Positions 35,877-45,394 of a stretch of 64,000 nt of DNA are shown here, in pieces. This stretch comes from a virus. A program made the translations under genes and the position numbers. The first letter of the stretch is position 1, and the number at the start of each line of letters is the position of its first letter. Under the pieces are notes generated by a model, which was not told the origin of the DNA, did not search any database, and worked only from the letters and a program-made list of their open reading frames with translations. The DNA lies in the IMG/VR virus record IMGVR_UViG_3300041411_000085, positions 23,004 to 87,003 of that record; one strand, written 5' to 3'.

Positions 35877-36101
35877 ATGGGAAGTGTTATAGATATGTTT
35901 CCGAAGAAGCCTATTAGCGAAAGTATTACTGTGAAAGTTGATGTGCTGGAATACTGGCGAATTAGGAATGAATTGATTTCTGATGAATTCTCGCTTTATA
36001 ATGCTTACCAGAAACAAGAGATACTCGACACGGTGCTCAATATGAATTACGAATTATATGAGCTTGTAGTTAAGTTAAAGGAAAGACTTAGGGATGAATA
36101 G
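35877..36101 (+). CDS. hypothetical protein
   Basis: ORF in the run. Confidence 0.55.
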   Translation: MGSVIDMFPKKPISESITVKVDVLEYWRIRNELISDEFSLYNAYQKQEILDTVLNMNYELYELVVKLKERLRDE

Positions 36102-36877
36102 GTATAATAAAGCAACAGTTGTGGCAAAACATAGGGAGGAGAATATAGGTAAGATATTTGAAACGGTAAATTTCGGCCCTTTGATCATAGTAGGGTATGA
36201 AGGCGCATATCATGTGAGTGTCGAATTCCTCAATACTGGAACTTTGGTAACTGGTGCCCAAATGGCCCATATTAAGAGGGGTTTGGTAAGAGATGATAAT
36301 TTACCAATACTCTACGAGAAATGCTTTTTGGGCACTGGTAAATACAAATCAAAACGTGACGGAAAGGACGCAATAGAATACACTGTGTGGAAACAGATAC
36401 TAGAGAGGTGTTTCTTTTTATAATTATCATTGAAACACCCTACCTATCAGGACTGCATATTGAATGATCACTGGAGAAATTTTCAGAATTTTGCAGAGTG
36501 GTATTGGACTCAGAAGGGGTCTGGAAACAAAGTTTGGCACATAGATAAAGATTTACTTAGAAAAGGCAACAAAGAATATGGACCAGATACATGCTGCTTG
36601 ATACCACCGGATTTAAATAAGGCACTTAAGTTAAGTAAAACCAGTACTAAAAGTACCCCGGTAGGAACTCATCAAAGGCCTAATGGTGTGTTTGTTGTGG
36701 GAGTTGTTGGAGATTCTTCTAAATATGTTGTAGGCATTAAATGCATCAAAGGCATTTAATGCCTACAAGCTTGCGAAAGAAAACCACCTAAAATCTTTAG
36801 CTGAGAAGTATAAAGAAGTCATAGAAGTAAAAGTTTATGAAGCGGTTTACAACTTTAAAATAGAAATTACAGACTAA
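36094..36877 (+). pseudogene. degenerate homing endonuclease, paralogous to 32457-33059
   Basis: In-frame TAA at 36421; the frame continues ...IDKDLLRKGNKEYGPDTCCL; frameshift near 36730; the C-terminus AFNAYKLAKE...ITD* is in another frame, ending at 36877. Confidence 0.75.
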
Positions 36878-36890
36878 TTGGAGAAAGAAA

Positions 36891-37664
36891 TTGAGTTCAC
36901 GTATTCTAGTAATTCCAGATGCACAAGTAAAAGATGGTGTAGACATTGAACACCTCAAGTGGTGTGGTGAATATCTTGTAGAAAAGAAACCGGACACTGT
37001 TGTTTGTTTGGGAGATTTCTGGGATTTTGAGAGTCTTTCCTTCTACGACAAGGGTACACTTTCTTTTGAAGGTCGTCGTCTTAAGAAAGATATCGATGTT
37101 GGTAAAGAAGCAATGGAGTTGATGCTTAAGCCTCTGAAAGATTTGCAAGAACGACAACGAGCAAATAAGAAGAAGGTTTATGAGCCGCGTCTTGTTTTCA
37201 CTCTTGGTAATCACTGTGAACGCTTGATGCGTATTCCTAAAAGCTCCCCTGAATTCTCTGGCTTTATTGGTTACGAACTGCTAGACTTGGAGCGTCATGG
37301 ATGGGAAGTTTATGACTTTCTTCTCCCGGTGGAAATTGAAGGTATTTACTTTGTACACTTCTTGGCTAACCCAATGACTGGTAAGCCTTATGGTGGTACA
37401 GCAACAAGTATGCTGAAGAACGTAGGTAAGAGTTTTGTTCAAGGTCATAAACAAACTCTAGATATCGCTGTACGCCCTACAATTGATGGTAAGATGCAGA
37501 TCGGCATTATTGCTGGGGCGTTCTATCAACACGAAGAAGCCTATAAGGGTTATACCGGAAACAACCATTGGCGTGGCATGGTTATGCTAAATAATGCTAA
37601 GGATGGTTATGCTGACCCTTGCTTTATTTCCATTGATTACTTGAAGAAGAAATACGGAGAATAA
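36891..37664 (+). CDS. calcineurin-like metallophosphoesterase
   Basis: IPDAQ, LGDFWD, LGNH and QGHKQ motifs. Confidence 0.85.
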   Translation: MSSRILVIPDAQVKDGVDIEHLKWCGEYLVEKKPDTVVCLGDFWDFESLSFYDKGTLSFEGRRLKKDIDVGKEAMELMLKPLKDLQERQRANKKKVYEPRLVFTLGNHCERLMRIPKSSPEFSGFIGYELLDLERHGWEVYDFLLPVEIEGIYFVHFLANPMTGKPYGGTATSMLKNVGKSFVQGHKQTLDIAVRPTIDGKMQIGIIAGAFYQHEEAYKGYTGNNHWRGMVMLNNAKDGYADPCFISIDYLKKKYGE

Positions 37665-37800
37665 GTGGAAGACTACAAACTAAAGAACACTGTCAATCGC
37701 TTGGAGAATTCGGTTGACAGCTTGACTAAAGAAATCTATAATCTTAAGCAGCAACAGAAAGATATGCTTGATCAGATTAGACGCCTGAAGGAGATGAATA

Positions 37801-38382
37801 ATGACGGTAGCGGAAAGTGAATTTAAAATCGGGGATCGAGTTGAACTATCTCCATTCGGTATTGATACATTTAAACAAGACGGTTGGGCAGATTATCGAC
37901 TACCCTTGATTATTTATGGTGGTGCTCTTGCAAACGTATTTAAAATTGAAGGTGACAAGGTTTGGGTGAAAGTTCATGGAGAAGGTACTGCATTCTTTTA
38001 TGAGGATCATTTGAAATTGTTTGGTACTAAAGTAGAGTCCTCAATTGCCCGTCCAATCCTTACAGAACGTAAAGTTGGCAAAGTTCAGATGGACTTGTTC
38101 GATTCAGGCTTCCCAAACGCTGTAATGGAAGTTGCAAAGGTAATGACATGGGCTGCTGAGAACAAAGGCTATAAACCTCACGATTGGATTAATCTTCCTG
38201 ACGCTGAGACTTCTTTCCCATCAGCAGCTAGTCGTCATCGGGTTAAAAGTTTGATTCAGAAGGTTGAAGGATTACCTGTAAGAGAGCGTGTAGATGAAGA
38301 GTCTGCAATCTTGCATAAAGCTCACGAGGCTTTCAACATCTTTGCTGAACTGGAGTTGATGCTACGAGGAAAGATTAAATGA
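37801..38382 (+). CDS. putative dATP/dGTP diphosphohydrolase-domain (DUF5664-like) protein
   Basis: GKVQMDL...AVMEVAKVMTW...GY...W...AASRH...DEES..LHKAH. Confidence 0.6.
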   Translation: MTVAESEFKIGDRVELSPFGIDTFKQDGWADYRLPLIIYGGALANVFKIEGDKVWVKVHGEGTAFFYEDHLKLFGTKVESSIARPILTERKVGKVQMDLFDSGFPNAVMEVAKVMTWAAENKGYKPHDWINLPDAETSFPSAASRHRVKSLIQKVEGLPVRERVDEESAILHKAHEAFNIFAELELMLRGKIK

Positions 38383-38819
38383 GACTTTTAGGCATTGATG
38401 TTGACGGCGTAGTAGTAGACACACTTACTCTGTACAAACAAGCTTCACTTCACTTGGAAGATCCTCTAGACTTCTGGCGAGATGAAAACCTTTATGATAA
38501 TCTTGTCCCAATGGAAGGTGCGGTAGAGAAACTTGAGCAACTTAGTAGATATTTTGGTATAGTGTTTGTAAGTCGGCTGAAGGGGAATCATCACAGATCG
38601 AAGGTTTATTTCCTAAAGAAATACTTTCCGTTTATGACTGGCTTTATCGGTACTCACGAGAAGTACCTTTTGAATGATTCTCTTGTTGCAATGGTAGATG
38701 ACTTAGAGGATAATCTCTCCAAGTTTGAAGCTCACAAGAGGATTCATTTCGGACAAGGTGAATATAAAGATTGGAATACGTTTGATGTTCCTAAGTTTTG
38801 TAAAGAATACTTAAAATAA
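38379..38819 (+). CDS. HAD-family 5'(3')-deoxyribonucleotidase-like protein
   Basis: GIDVDGVV...P..GA...K...MVDD. Confidence 0.75.
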   Translation: MRLLGIDVDGVVVDTLTLYKQASLHLEDPLDFWRDENLYDNLVPMEGAVEKLEQLSRYFGIVFVSRLKGNHHRSKVYFLKKYFPFMTGFIGTHEKYLLNDSLVAMVDDLEDNLSKFEAHKRIHFGQGEYKDWNTFDVPKFCKEYLK

Positions 38820-38831
38820 TTAAGGAGAGTT

Positions 38832-39320
38832 TTGGTGTCAAAGAAAGAATGTATCAAGTTCGGTTATGCAATCGGTAATCAACCAGCCATGGGCGATCAT
38901 TGGGAAGTTTGGAAACAAGTAAAAGCCCAATCCAAACTTATCCTAGAAGAAGTGAATGAACTTGAGGATGCTTGTTCAGAAGAAGACCTTCTAGAAGTGT
39001 TGGACGCTGTAATGGATATTAAATATCTGAACACATATCTTGAACATCTACTGGAAGCTTACGGTTGTAAAACAAAGCTTGCTTGGGAGACAGTGTGTTC
39101 AAACAATGCTCAGAAGATTACAACTAGCTACACCTACGCACAAAGCAGTAAAGAATACTTGGAATCTCGTGAAGATGGTGAATTCTATATTGATGAAACT
39201 TTGTTTGAAGGTGAACGTCTTTATACGGTTAAACGAGTTAGTGATCAGAAAGTAATGAAACTGAAGAGTCATCAGCGACCAGAACTTGATACTTGTATTC
39301 CTGAAGAGTTCCGAGTATGA
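38832..39320 (+). CDS. MazG-like NTP pyrophosphohydrolase
   Basis: EEVNE...EVLDAVMD...V..NN..K. Confidence 0.7.
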   Translation: MVSKKECIKFGYAIGNQPAMGDHWEVWKQVKAQSKLILEEVNELEDACSEEDLLEVLDAVMDIKYLNTYLEHLLEAYGCKTKLAWETVCSNNAQKITTSYTYAQSSKEYLESREDGEFYIDETLFEGERLYTVKRVSDQKVMKLKSHQRPELDTCIPEEFRV

Positions 39321-39502
39321 TTCACGCAAGCACACAAACAGCCCGTCCTAAGCTTCACTGGACAGAAGTTGTAAAAACAGAAATGGATTACAAATCAATT
39401 GTTGCAACAGGATTGGAGAATGTCCTATTTGATTCGTTTCCAAGTGAAGAAGAGTTTTTTGATTATTTGATGGGTAAGGAAGAGGAGAAGGGGAATGTCT
39501 AA
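39317..39502 (+). CDS. hypothetical protein
   Basis: Coupled ORF. Confidence 0.55.
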   Translation: MIHASTQTARPKLHWTEVVKTEMDYKSIVATGLENVLFDSFPSEEEFFDYLMGKEEEKGNV

Positions 39503-40199
39503 GATTAAAGTAGAATATATTGATCATCTTGGGGATGACTTGCGAGTAGCGAATATTGCACGAGTGAGTTTCGGTAAATGGAAAGAAGAGATTGATGAAA
39601 AAGATATTAAGCTGATTAAGTATCTTGCAGACCATGAACACAACAGCCCATTCCGCCATGTTCAAGTAAGTGTACGTTGTAAAGCTCCAGTGTTCCTTGC
39701 CCGACAACTTGTAAAGCATTGCGTAGGACTTAGTTGGAACGAAATTAGTCGTCGCTATGTGGACACGGATTTTGAGTTCTACCATCCTGAAGAGTGGCGT
39801 AGTCGCCCAGAAGGTAGTGTTAAACAAGGAAGTGGTGGTAAAGTTATTGACCAACTTAAAGTTGCTTTCATGTGGGATGAAAAAGAAGGCGAGCAAGAGT
39901 GTATTGGTACACAATCCATACATGATGCTTATCAGGATCTTGTAAGTTATACAGTTGAGTTTTATGAGCTTCTGATTAAGAATGGTGTAGCGCCAGAAAT
40001 GGCAAGGATGTCTCTTCCTCAATCTATGATGGTTGATTGGGTATGGACAGGTAGCCTTGAAGCGTTCTATAATGTTCACCGGTTGCGGTCTGGTGAAGGC
40101 GCTCAAGAAGAAGCTAAAGATTTCTCAGAACAACTTAAACAAGTAATTGAACCAATCTTTCCAAATGCTTGGAAGGCTCTTGAAGGAGTAGCAAAATGA
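39495..40199 (+). CDS. thyX: flavin-dependent thymidylate synthase
   Basis: HNSPFRH, ARQLVKH...NEISRRY, EMARMSLP and AQEE motifs. Confidence 0.92.
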   Translation: MSKIKVEYIDHLGDDLRVANIARVSFGKWKEEIDEKDIKLIKYLADHEHNSPFRHVQVSVRCKAPVFLARQLVKHCVGLSWNEISRRYVDTDFEFYHPEEWRSRPEGSVKQGSGGKVIDQLKVAFMWDEKEGEQECIGTQSIHDAYQDLVSYTVEFYELLIKNGVAPEMARMSLPQSMMVDWVWTGSLEAFYNVHRLRSGEGAQEEAKDFSEQLKQVIEPIFPNAWKALEGVAK

Positions 40200-40390
40200 A
40201 AGACATTAAATTTAGTGACTACACCTTTGAACTCGTAAACTATTACAAAGTTCTTGGTGGCATGACAGGTGATCAGGCTCGACGTTACGTATTGGATATT
40301 GTTGATGATGTCCTTGAAAGCTACAACGGTGGATACTCCGCACATAGTATTTTCTCTGATGATGTAAATAATAATTGGGCTGGGGAGTAA
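40196..40390 (+). CDS. hypothetical protein
   Basis: AAGGAG RBS. Confidence 0.6.
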   Translation: MKDIKFSDYTFELVNYYKVLGGMTGDQARRYVLDIVDDVLESYNGGYSAHSIFSDDVNNNWAGE

Positions 40391-40393
40391 TAT

Positions 40394-40756
40394 ATGTCTG
40401 TAGGTTTTAATCTTTCACTTTCCGATTTGCTTCTGGTACATGGATTTGCTCAGGCATTCGGAGAAGATAATAAAGAAGCAATCAATAAGTTCCTAGAACA
40501 GAACGGGATGGATACCAGCCAAGAAATTGATGAGGTAGTTTGCAAGCATCGTAATCTTCGTGGTCAAGTAGTTGATTGTTTGATGTATCAAGGTCATGAA
40601 CTTGAAACTAAAGCTTGGCTAGCCAGTGGTGCAGCATCGTGGGATTGTGTCGTAGATAATTGTGACCTAGATCTTCGGATTGCACTTAAGACGATGGGTA
40701 AGTCATATAATAATTCTGGTCATATTATTTCTGAACTAGAACGACATAGTAATTAA
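40394..40756 (+). CDS. hypothetical protein
   Basis: GGGGAG RBS. Confidence 0.7.
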   Translation: MSVGFNLSLSDLLLVHGFAQAFGEDNKEAINKFLEQNGMDTSQEIDEVVCKHRNLRGQVVDCLMYQGHELETKAWLASGAASWDCVVDNCDLDLRIALKTMGKSYNNSGHIISELERHSN

Positions 40757-40805
40757 ATAAGTAAATTTAAAGAATAAAGTATTAATTTTAAATCTAAGGA
40801 GTTGT

Positions 40806-43028
40806 ATGAATACCGCTGGCAAAAATATGATGTCGTCTTCGAAATTTTATATGGGATATTCTCGTTGGGATGAAGTGAAGGGGGGTTATGAAACTTGGGA
40901 AGAATCAGTTTCCCGTGTAATGAATATGCACCGACAGAAATATGCTTCTGTAATGACACCAGAACTTGAAGAATATATTGCTTTTGCAGAGCAAGCTTAT
41001 AAAGATAAAGCTGTATTGGGGGCACAACGAGCATTACAGTTTGGTGGCGAACAACTATTTAAACACGAAGCTCGTATGTACAACTGCTCTGTATCTCACT
41101 GTGATCGAGCAACATTCTTTCAGGAATGTATGTACCTTCTGTTGTGTGGTTGTGGTGTAGGTTTCTCTGTTCAATCTCATCACATTGCAAAGCTTCCAAA
41201 AGTTCACAAGCGTTATGAAAAGAAAGTAAAAGTATTCCAAGTTCCAGATACAATTGAAGGTTGGGCTGATGCATTTGGCGTATTGTTCAGCAGCTACTTT
41301 GTAGATGGTGGAAGCTTCCCTGAATACAAAGGTTGCCAAGTACACTTTGACTTCAACAAGATTCGTCCTAAAGGTGCTTTGATTTCTGGTGGTTTTAAAG
41401 CTCCCGGTCCAGATGGTTTGCGTAGTGCGTTGGTCAAGTGTGAAGCTCTACTAGAAGGCTTAATTGAGGGAAAAACAGAGGCTGTCAGCGTTCCTACCAT
41501 CACAGCCTATGACTTTGTTATGCACATGTCTGACGCTGTTTTGAGTGGTGGTGTTCGTCGGTCTGCAACCATCTGTATGTTTGATAAAGATGACGAGTTG
41601 ATGTTGAAAGCCAAGACTGGTGACTGGTTTGTTGATAACCCACAACGTGGACGCAGCAACAACAGCGTTATGCTTGTACGTGATGAACTGAGCCGTGAAG
41701 AGTGGGCTAACATTATGAAGTCTGTTAAAGACTTTGGTGAACCCGGTTTTATCTTCACAGAGAATAAAGAGTTTTGTTTTAACCCCTGTGTCGAAATTGG
41801 CATGTTGCCAAAGACAGAGGATGGGGAATCAGGCTTTCAATTCTGTAATCTTGTCGAATGTAATGGTAGTCAGTGTGTAGATAAAGCTTCATTGTTGCGT
41901 GCTGCTAAAGCAGGCGCAATTCTTGGTACATTGCAAGCTGGATACACAAACTTTAAGTATCTTTCAGATGCTACACGTAAGATTACAGAAAAAGAAGCAT
42001 TGCTTGGTGTGAGTATTACGGGTTGGATGAATAACCCAGACGTACTGTTTGACCAGCAGAATATGATTGATGCTGCTACTGAAGTAAAATCAATCAACAA
42101 AGTAGTTGCGAAAATACTGGGTATTAACCAATCTGCACGCACAACAGCAGTTAAACCAAGTGGTAATGCTTCTGTTGTTCTTGGTACAGCTTCCGGTATT
42201 CATGGGGAACACAGCCCTAAATACCTTCGTAATGTGCAAATGAATGTCGGAGATGAAGTTACTCGTATCATCACTAAGACCAACCCTAAAATGGTTGAAC
42301 CTTCAGTGTGGAGCAGTAATGGGACAGATGTTGTAGTTAGCTTCCCTGTTGAAAGTAAGGAAGGTAGTATTTACAAATCAGATTTGATGGGCGTAAAGCA
42401 GCTTGAATATGTAAAAACTGCTCAGCAATACTGGATTGAACATGGCACTAACTATGAACTTTGTGTTGATCCCGATCTTCGTCACAACGTAAGTAATACT
42501 ATTACAGTTGATGATTGGGATGAAGTTGAGGAATATATTTACAACAACCGTAAATGGTTTGCTGGTATCTCACTTCTCAGCTCTATGGGTGATCGTGCAT
42601 ATGCTCAAGCTCCATTCACTGAAGTGTTTACTGCACAACAGATTGTAGATATGTATGGTGATAGCTCAATGTTTGCATCTGGTTTGATTGTTGGAGCATT
42701 GCAAGCATTTGGTAATAATTTGTGGATGGCATGTGATACAGCACTTGGTTATGGGTTGAAGCTTGACCCTGAAGACTCTAGTGATCTGTTGAAGCGTGAT
42801 TGGGTACGTCGAGTCAAGAAGTTTGCAGAACGAAACTTTAATGGGGATGTTATGAAACTTACCTTTATGCTCAAGGATTGTCACAACCTTCATAAATGGG
42901 TGGGTATCAATAGTAACTTCGTTGATGTGGATTTCTCTACAGATCTTTCTCAGCAGAGCTACACAGAAGTTGACACAATGGGTAGTGCTGGATGTGCAGG
43001 CGGAACTTGTGAAATTAGCTGGGCGTGA
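40806..43028 (+). CDS. nrdJ: ribonucleotide reductase, probably class II (B12-dependent, monomeric RTPR type)
   Basis: YNCS, GCGVGF, GGVRRSA, NPCVEI, CNLVE, VKPSG and a C-terminal CAGGTC; no nrdB nearby. Confidence 0.8.
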   Translation: MNTAGKNMMSSSKFYMGYSRWDEVKGGYETWEESVSRVMNMHRQKYASVMTPELEEYIAFAEQAYKDKAVLGAQRALQFGGEQLFKHEARMYNCSVSHCDRATFFQECMYLLLCGCGVGFSVQSHHIAKLPKVHKRYEKKVKVFQVPDTIEGWADAFGVLFSSYFVDGGSFPEYKGCQVHFDFNKIRPKGALISGGFKAPGPDGLRSALVKCEALLEGLIEGKTEAVSVPTITAYDFVMHMSDAVLSGGVRRSATICMFDKDDELMLKAKTGDWFVDNPQRGRSNNSVMLVRDELSREEWANIMKSVKDFGEPGFIFTENKEFCFNPCVEIGMLPKTEDGESGFQFCNLVECNGSQCVDKASLLRAAKAGAILGTLQAGYTNFKYLSDATRKITEKEALLGVSITGWMNNPDVLFDQQNMIDAATEVKSINKVVAKILGINQSARTTAVKPSGNASVVLGTASGIHGEHSPKYLRNVQMNVGDEVTRIITKTNPKMVEPSVWSSNGTDVVVSFPVESKEGSIYKSDLMGVKQLEYVKTAQQYWIEHGTNYELCVDPDLRHNVSNTITVDDWDEVEEYIYNNRKWFAGISLLSSMGDRAYAQAPFTEVFTAQQIVDMYGDSSMFASGLIVGALQAFGNNLWMACDTALGYGLKLDPEDSSDLLKRDWVRRVKKFAERNFNGDVMKLTFMLKDCHNLHKWVGINSNFVDVDFSTDLSQQSYTEVDTMGSAGCAGGTCEISWA

Positions 43029-43222
43029 TAATGGACTACATCGAACTAATGGAAAAGGTTGGTACACAATCAAACGTAACTCACTCTTGTCCACATTGTG
43101 AAATGCCAGTTAAATGCGACATTTCACTAGGTAAAAACGTTTGTTGGTGCTTTAGTGTACAGAGCAAAGGACTGGAACTGAACGACGTTTGTATGTGTAA
43201 AAACTGCCTTAACAAAGCTTGA
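43025..43222 (+). CDS. cysteine-rich CWC-type small protein
   Basis: CPHC...C.....CWC...CMCKNC. Confidence 0.65.
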   Translation: MIMDYIELMEKVGTQSNVTHSCPHCEMPVKCDISLGKNVCWCFSVQSKGLELNDVCMCKNCLNKA

Positions 43223-43247
43223 CAAGGGTTTGAAAGAAGCCTAAACT
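43219..43247 (+). promoter_or_regulatory. sigma70-type promoter
   Basis: TTGACA-agggtttgaaagaagcc-TAAACT. Confidence 0.7.
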
Positions 43248-43283
43248 AAGGGTCAAGGCGAAAGCTCTGGCCCTTTTCTTTTA
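43248..43283 (+). terminator. probable intrinsic terminator
   Basis: AGGGTCA...GCGAAAGC...TGGCCCT followed by TTTCTTTT. Confidence 0.55.
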
Positions 43284-43298
43284 ATTGGAGATTTATAA

Positions 43299-43505
43299 AT
43301 GACACGTCAAGAATTCGATTATCAATTGCTCGTAGTTGCTGACATTCAGCGCCGTGAAGGTTGGAGTGAAAGAAGTATTGGTTTATATGAAGAAGAGATT
43401 CGTGCTCTTACACCAGATGAATGTCTACCATGTACACTCATGATTGGCGCTGATTTGGCTCAAGATAATTCTCGTTTTGGTGTTTACTGTAAAACAGCTT
43501 ATTAA
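43299..43505 (+). CDS. hypothetical protein
   Basis: GGAG RBS. Confidence 0.6.
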   Translation: MTRQEFDYQLLVVADIQRREGWSERSIGLYEEEIRALTPDECLPCTLMIGADLAQDNSRFGVYCKTAY

Positions 43506-43519
43506 CTAGGAGAATTTAA

Positions 43520-44146
43520 ATGTTCCGCATACACAAACGTACACGTCTATCATACTGGTCCCTCAGCCCACTAGCAAATAAACTACGCTCCTCTGTAGGT
43601 ATCACCAATCCCACCTCTCTTACATGGGAGCAATGGACTGAACACCACAAGGTAAGTAGTGCTAAAGCTCCTTTCACCTATTGGCTCACAAAGAAGTTCT
43701 TCAACCGAGTACAAAACTTCATCATCTGGCCTTCTGACTTTAGCTACTCCATAAAAGTATTCTATAAAAACTGGAAAGGAAAGAGTCACGTCATTGATTG
43801 TAATCTTCCAGTGGGGCAGTGGTGTGACCTTACACACAGAATCTTCATTGGCCCTTTCACAGAGCTTGTGAAGTATGTTGAGATTGAGAAAGGACTTGAA
43901 ACTCTTGAATGGGAATTAGGTTTAGTTCTTGATGAAGATTGGGGAGTGAAACCAGAAGATCCTGAATATGGACAGCCTAGTCACCAAGCCATTAGTGCTA
44001 AGGAACAAAAAGAACTTTACATATGGTTCAAAGAAGAGTATCTTACACGGACAGATGAAGATTATAGTAAAGAAGATGAATGGTTTGAGAAAGATACAGA
44101 AATGTTGGTACGTCTTGTACGAATCCGTTCTGGCTTGTGGACTTAA
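43520..44146 (+). CDS. hypothetical phage protein
   Basis: AGGAG RBS; 208 aa; Trp-rich. Confidence 0.75.
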   Translation: MFRIHKRTRLSYWSLSPLANKLRSSVGITNPTSLTWEQWTEHHKVSSAKAPFTYWLTKKFFNRVQNFIIWPSDFSYSIKVFYKNWKGKSHVIDCNLPVGQWCDLTHRIFIGPFTELVKYVEIEKGLETLEWELGLVLDEDWGVKPEDPEYGQPSHQAISAKEQKELYIWFKEEYLTRTDEDYSKEDEWFEKDTEMLVRLVRIRSGLWT

Positions 44147-44166
44147 ATTAAAATAGGAGAAATATT

Positions 44167-45093
44167 ATGGAATTCAAAAAGTTCAGTTCGTTGGAAAACA
44201 CATACAGAGCCAACCTCATCGACAAAACTCAATACGAGGGTAAAGATGGTGGCTTGTGGATTGCAACAGAAAAACTACACGGGGCTAACTTCAGCTTTTG
44301 GTGTGACGGTAATGAAGTAAAGGTTGCATCACGTTCACAATTTGTTGACGGTACATTCTATAACTGTCAGGCTGTAATCAACAAGTATTCAGATTCTGTG
44401 ATGTCCTTGTTCAAATTGCTTAATGGTGAACACAAAGAACTTGTTATCTACGGTGAACTGTTTGGTGGTAATGTACAGAAAGAAGTAGAGTATGGAGAGA
44501 AAGATTTCCGTGCTTTTGATCTTACACTTGACGGTATTGTTCAATCTAAACTTAATCAACGTGCATGGTGTGAAGGTGTTGGTATCCTCAGTGCTCCTCT
44601 TATTGCAAGTGGTACTTTCTCCGAATGTTTAGCCCTATCAAACACTTTTAAGTCTACACTGACACCAGAAGGTTACACTAAAGAGAACACGTCTGAAGGC
44701 TTGGTAATTGAGCCTGTAGAACCTAATTGGTTTAATAATGGAAGTCGTATCTACTTCAAGAATAAGACTGAAAGCTTTAGTGAACGACAAGCTAAACCAA
44801 AGCAAGTGTTTGAGCTGTCTGATGAAGAATCTGAGTTGCTGAATGAGATGCTTGAATACAACACACCACAGCGTGTATCTAATGTAATTAGTAAGATTGG
44901 TGCTGTCACTAATAAAGACTTTGGTAAGATTCTTGGTCTTACCACACAAGACTTGCTTGAAGAATACACGAAGGAAACTGAACGTGATCCTAAAATGATT
45001 GCAGAAAGTAATTGGAAAGCTTTCTTGAAGCTGCTACAATCAGAAGTAGGCAAAGAGGTTCGTAGTCAATTTGTCGTAGCTTTGGAGGATTAA
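44167..45093 (+). CDS. RNA ligase 2 (T4 Rnl2 family)
   Basis: FKKFSSLEN; motif I EKLHGANF; YGELFG, FRAFD, EGLVI, FKNK; C-terminal RVSNVISKIG. Confidence 0.9.
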   Translation: MEFKKFSSLENTYRANLIDKTQYEGKDGGLWIATEKLHGANFSFWCDGNEVKVASRSQFVDGTFYNCQAVINKYSDSVMSLFKLLNGEHKELVIYGELFGGNVQKEVEYGEKDFRAFDLTLDGIVQSKLNQRAWCEGVGILSAPLIASGTFSECLALSNTFKSTLTPEGYTKENTSEGLVIEPVEPNWFNNGSRIYFKNKTESFSERQAKPKQVFELSDEESELLNEMLEYNTPQRVSNVISKIGAVTNKDFGKILGLTTQDLLEEYTKETERDPKMIAESNWKAFLKLLQSEVGKEVRSQFVVALED

Positions 45094-45094
45094 A

Positions 45095-45283
45095 ATGAAA
45101 TCACCACTCGTTGACGTAACTGCCATCTTAATGTTTGCACTCCTTATAGTGCTAGTTGGTCAATACTATATCCACAAGAAGCAGAATGAAGTGTTTCAGA
45201 TTCCTGTCAAGTTGATGGAGGAACCAGTTAAGCCTAGGGTTGATATGAGTAAGTTTCAAAGTGCTGTAAAACATACTGAGTAG
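45095..45283 (+). CDS. small membrane protein
   Basis: GGAGG RBS; N-terminal TM helix. Confidence 0.6.
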   Translation: MKSPLVDVTAILMFALLIVLVGQYYIHKKQNEVFQIPVKLMEEPVKPRVDMSKFQSAVKHTE

Positions 45284-45295
45284 CTTTATTATAGA

Positions 45296-45331
45296 CAAAA
45301 GAAAGCCCGAGAGACTCACGTCCTCGGGCTT
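45296..45331 (-). terminator. terminator at the convergence of the replication and late blocks
   Basis: AAGCCCGAG/CTCGGGCTT stem; U-tract on the - strand. Confidence 0.7.
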
Positions 45332-45394
45332 AAGCATATCTGAAATAAGGCTAATGGCGTAGCCTATGTGCCTAGTGGCTTCTTATTCTTAGCT

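Noticed and set aside
37801-39320. 2-aminoadenine (Z) genome pathway
   Set aside because: Diphosphohydrolase-like genes are present, but there is no PurZ in the window; insufficient evidence.
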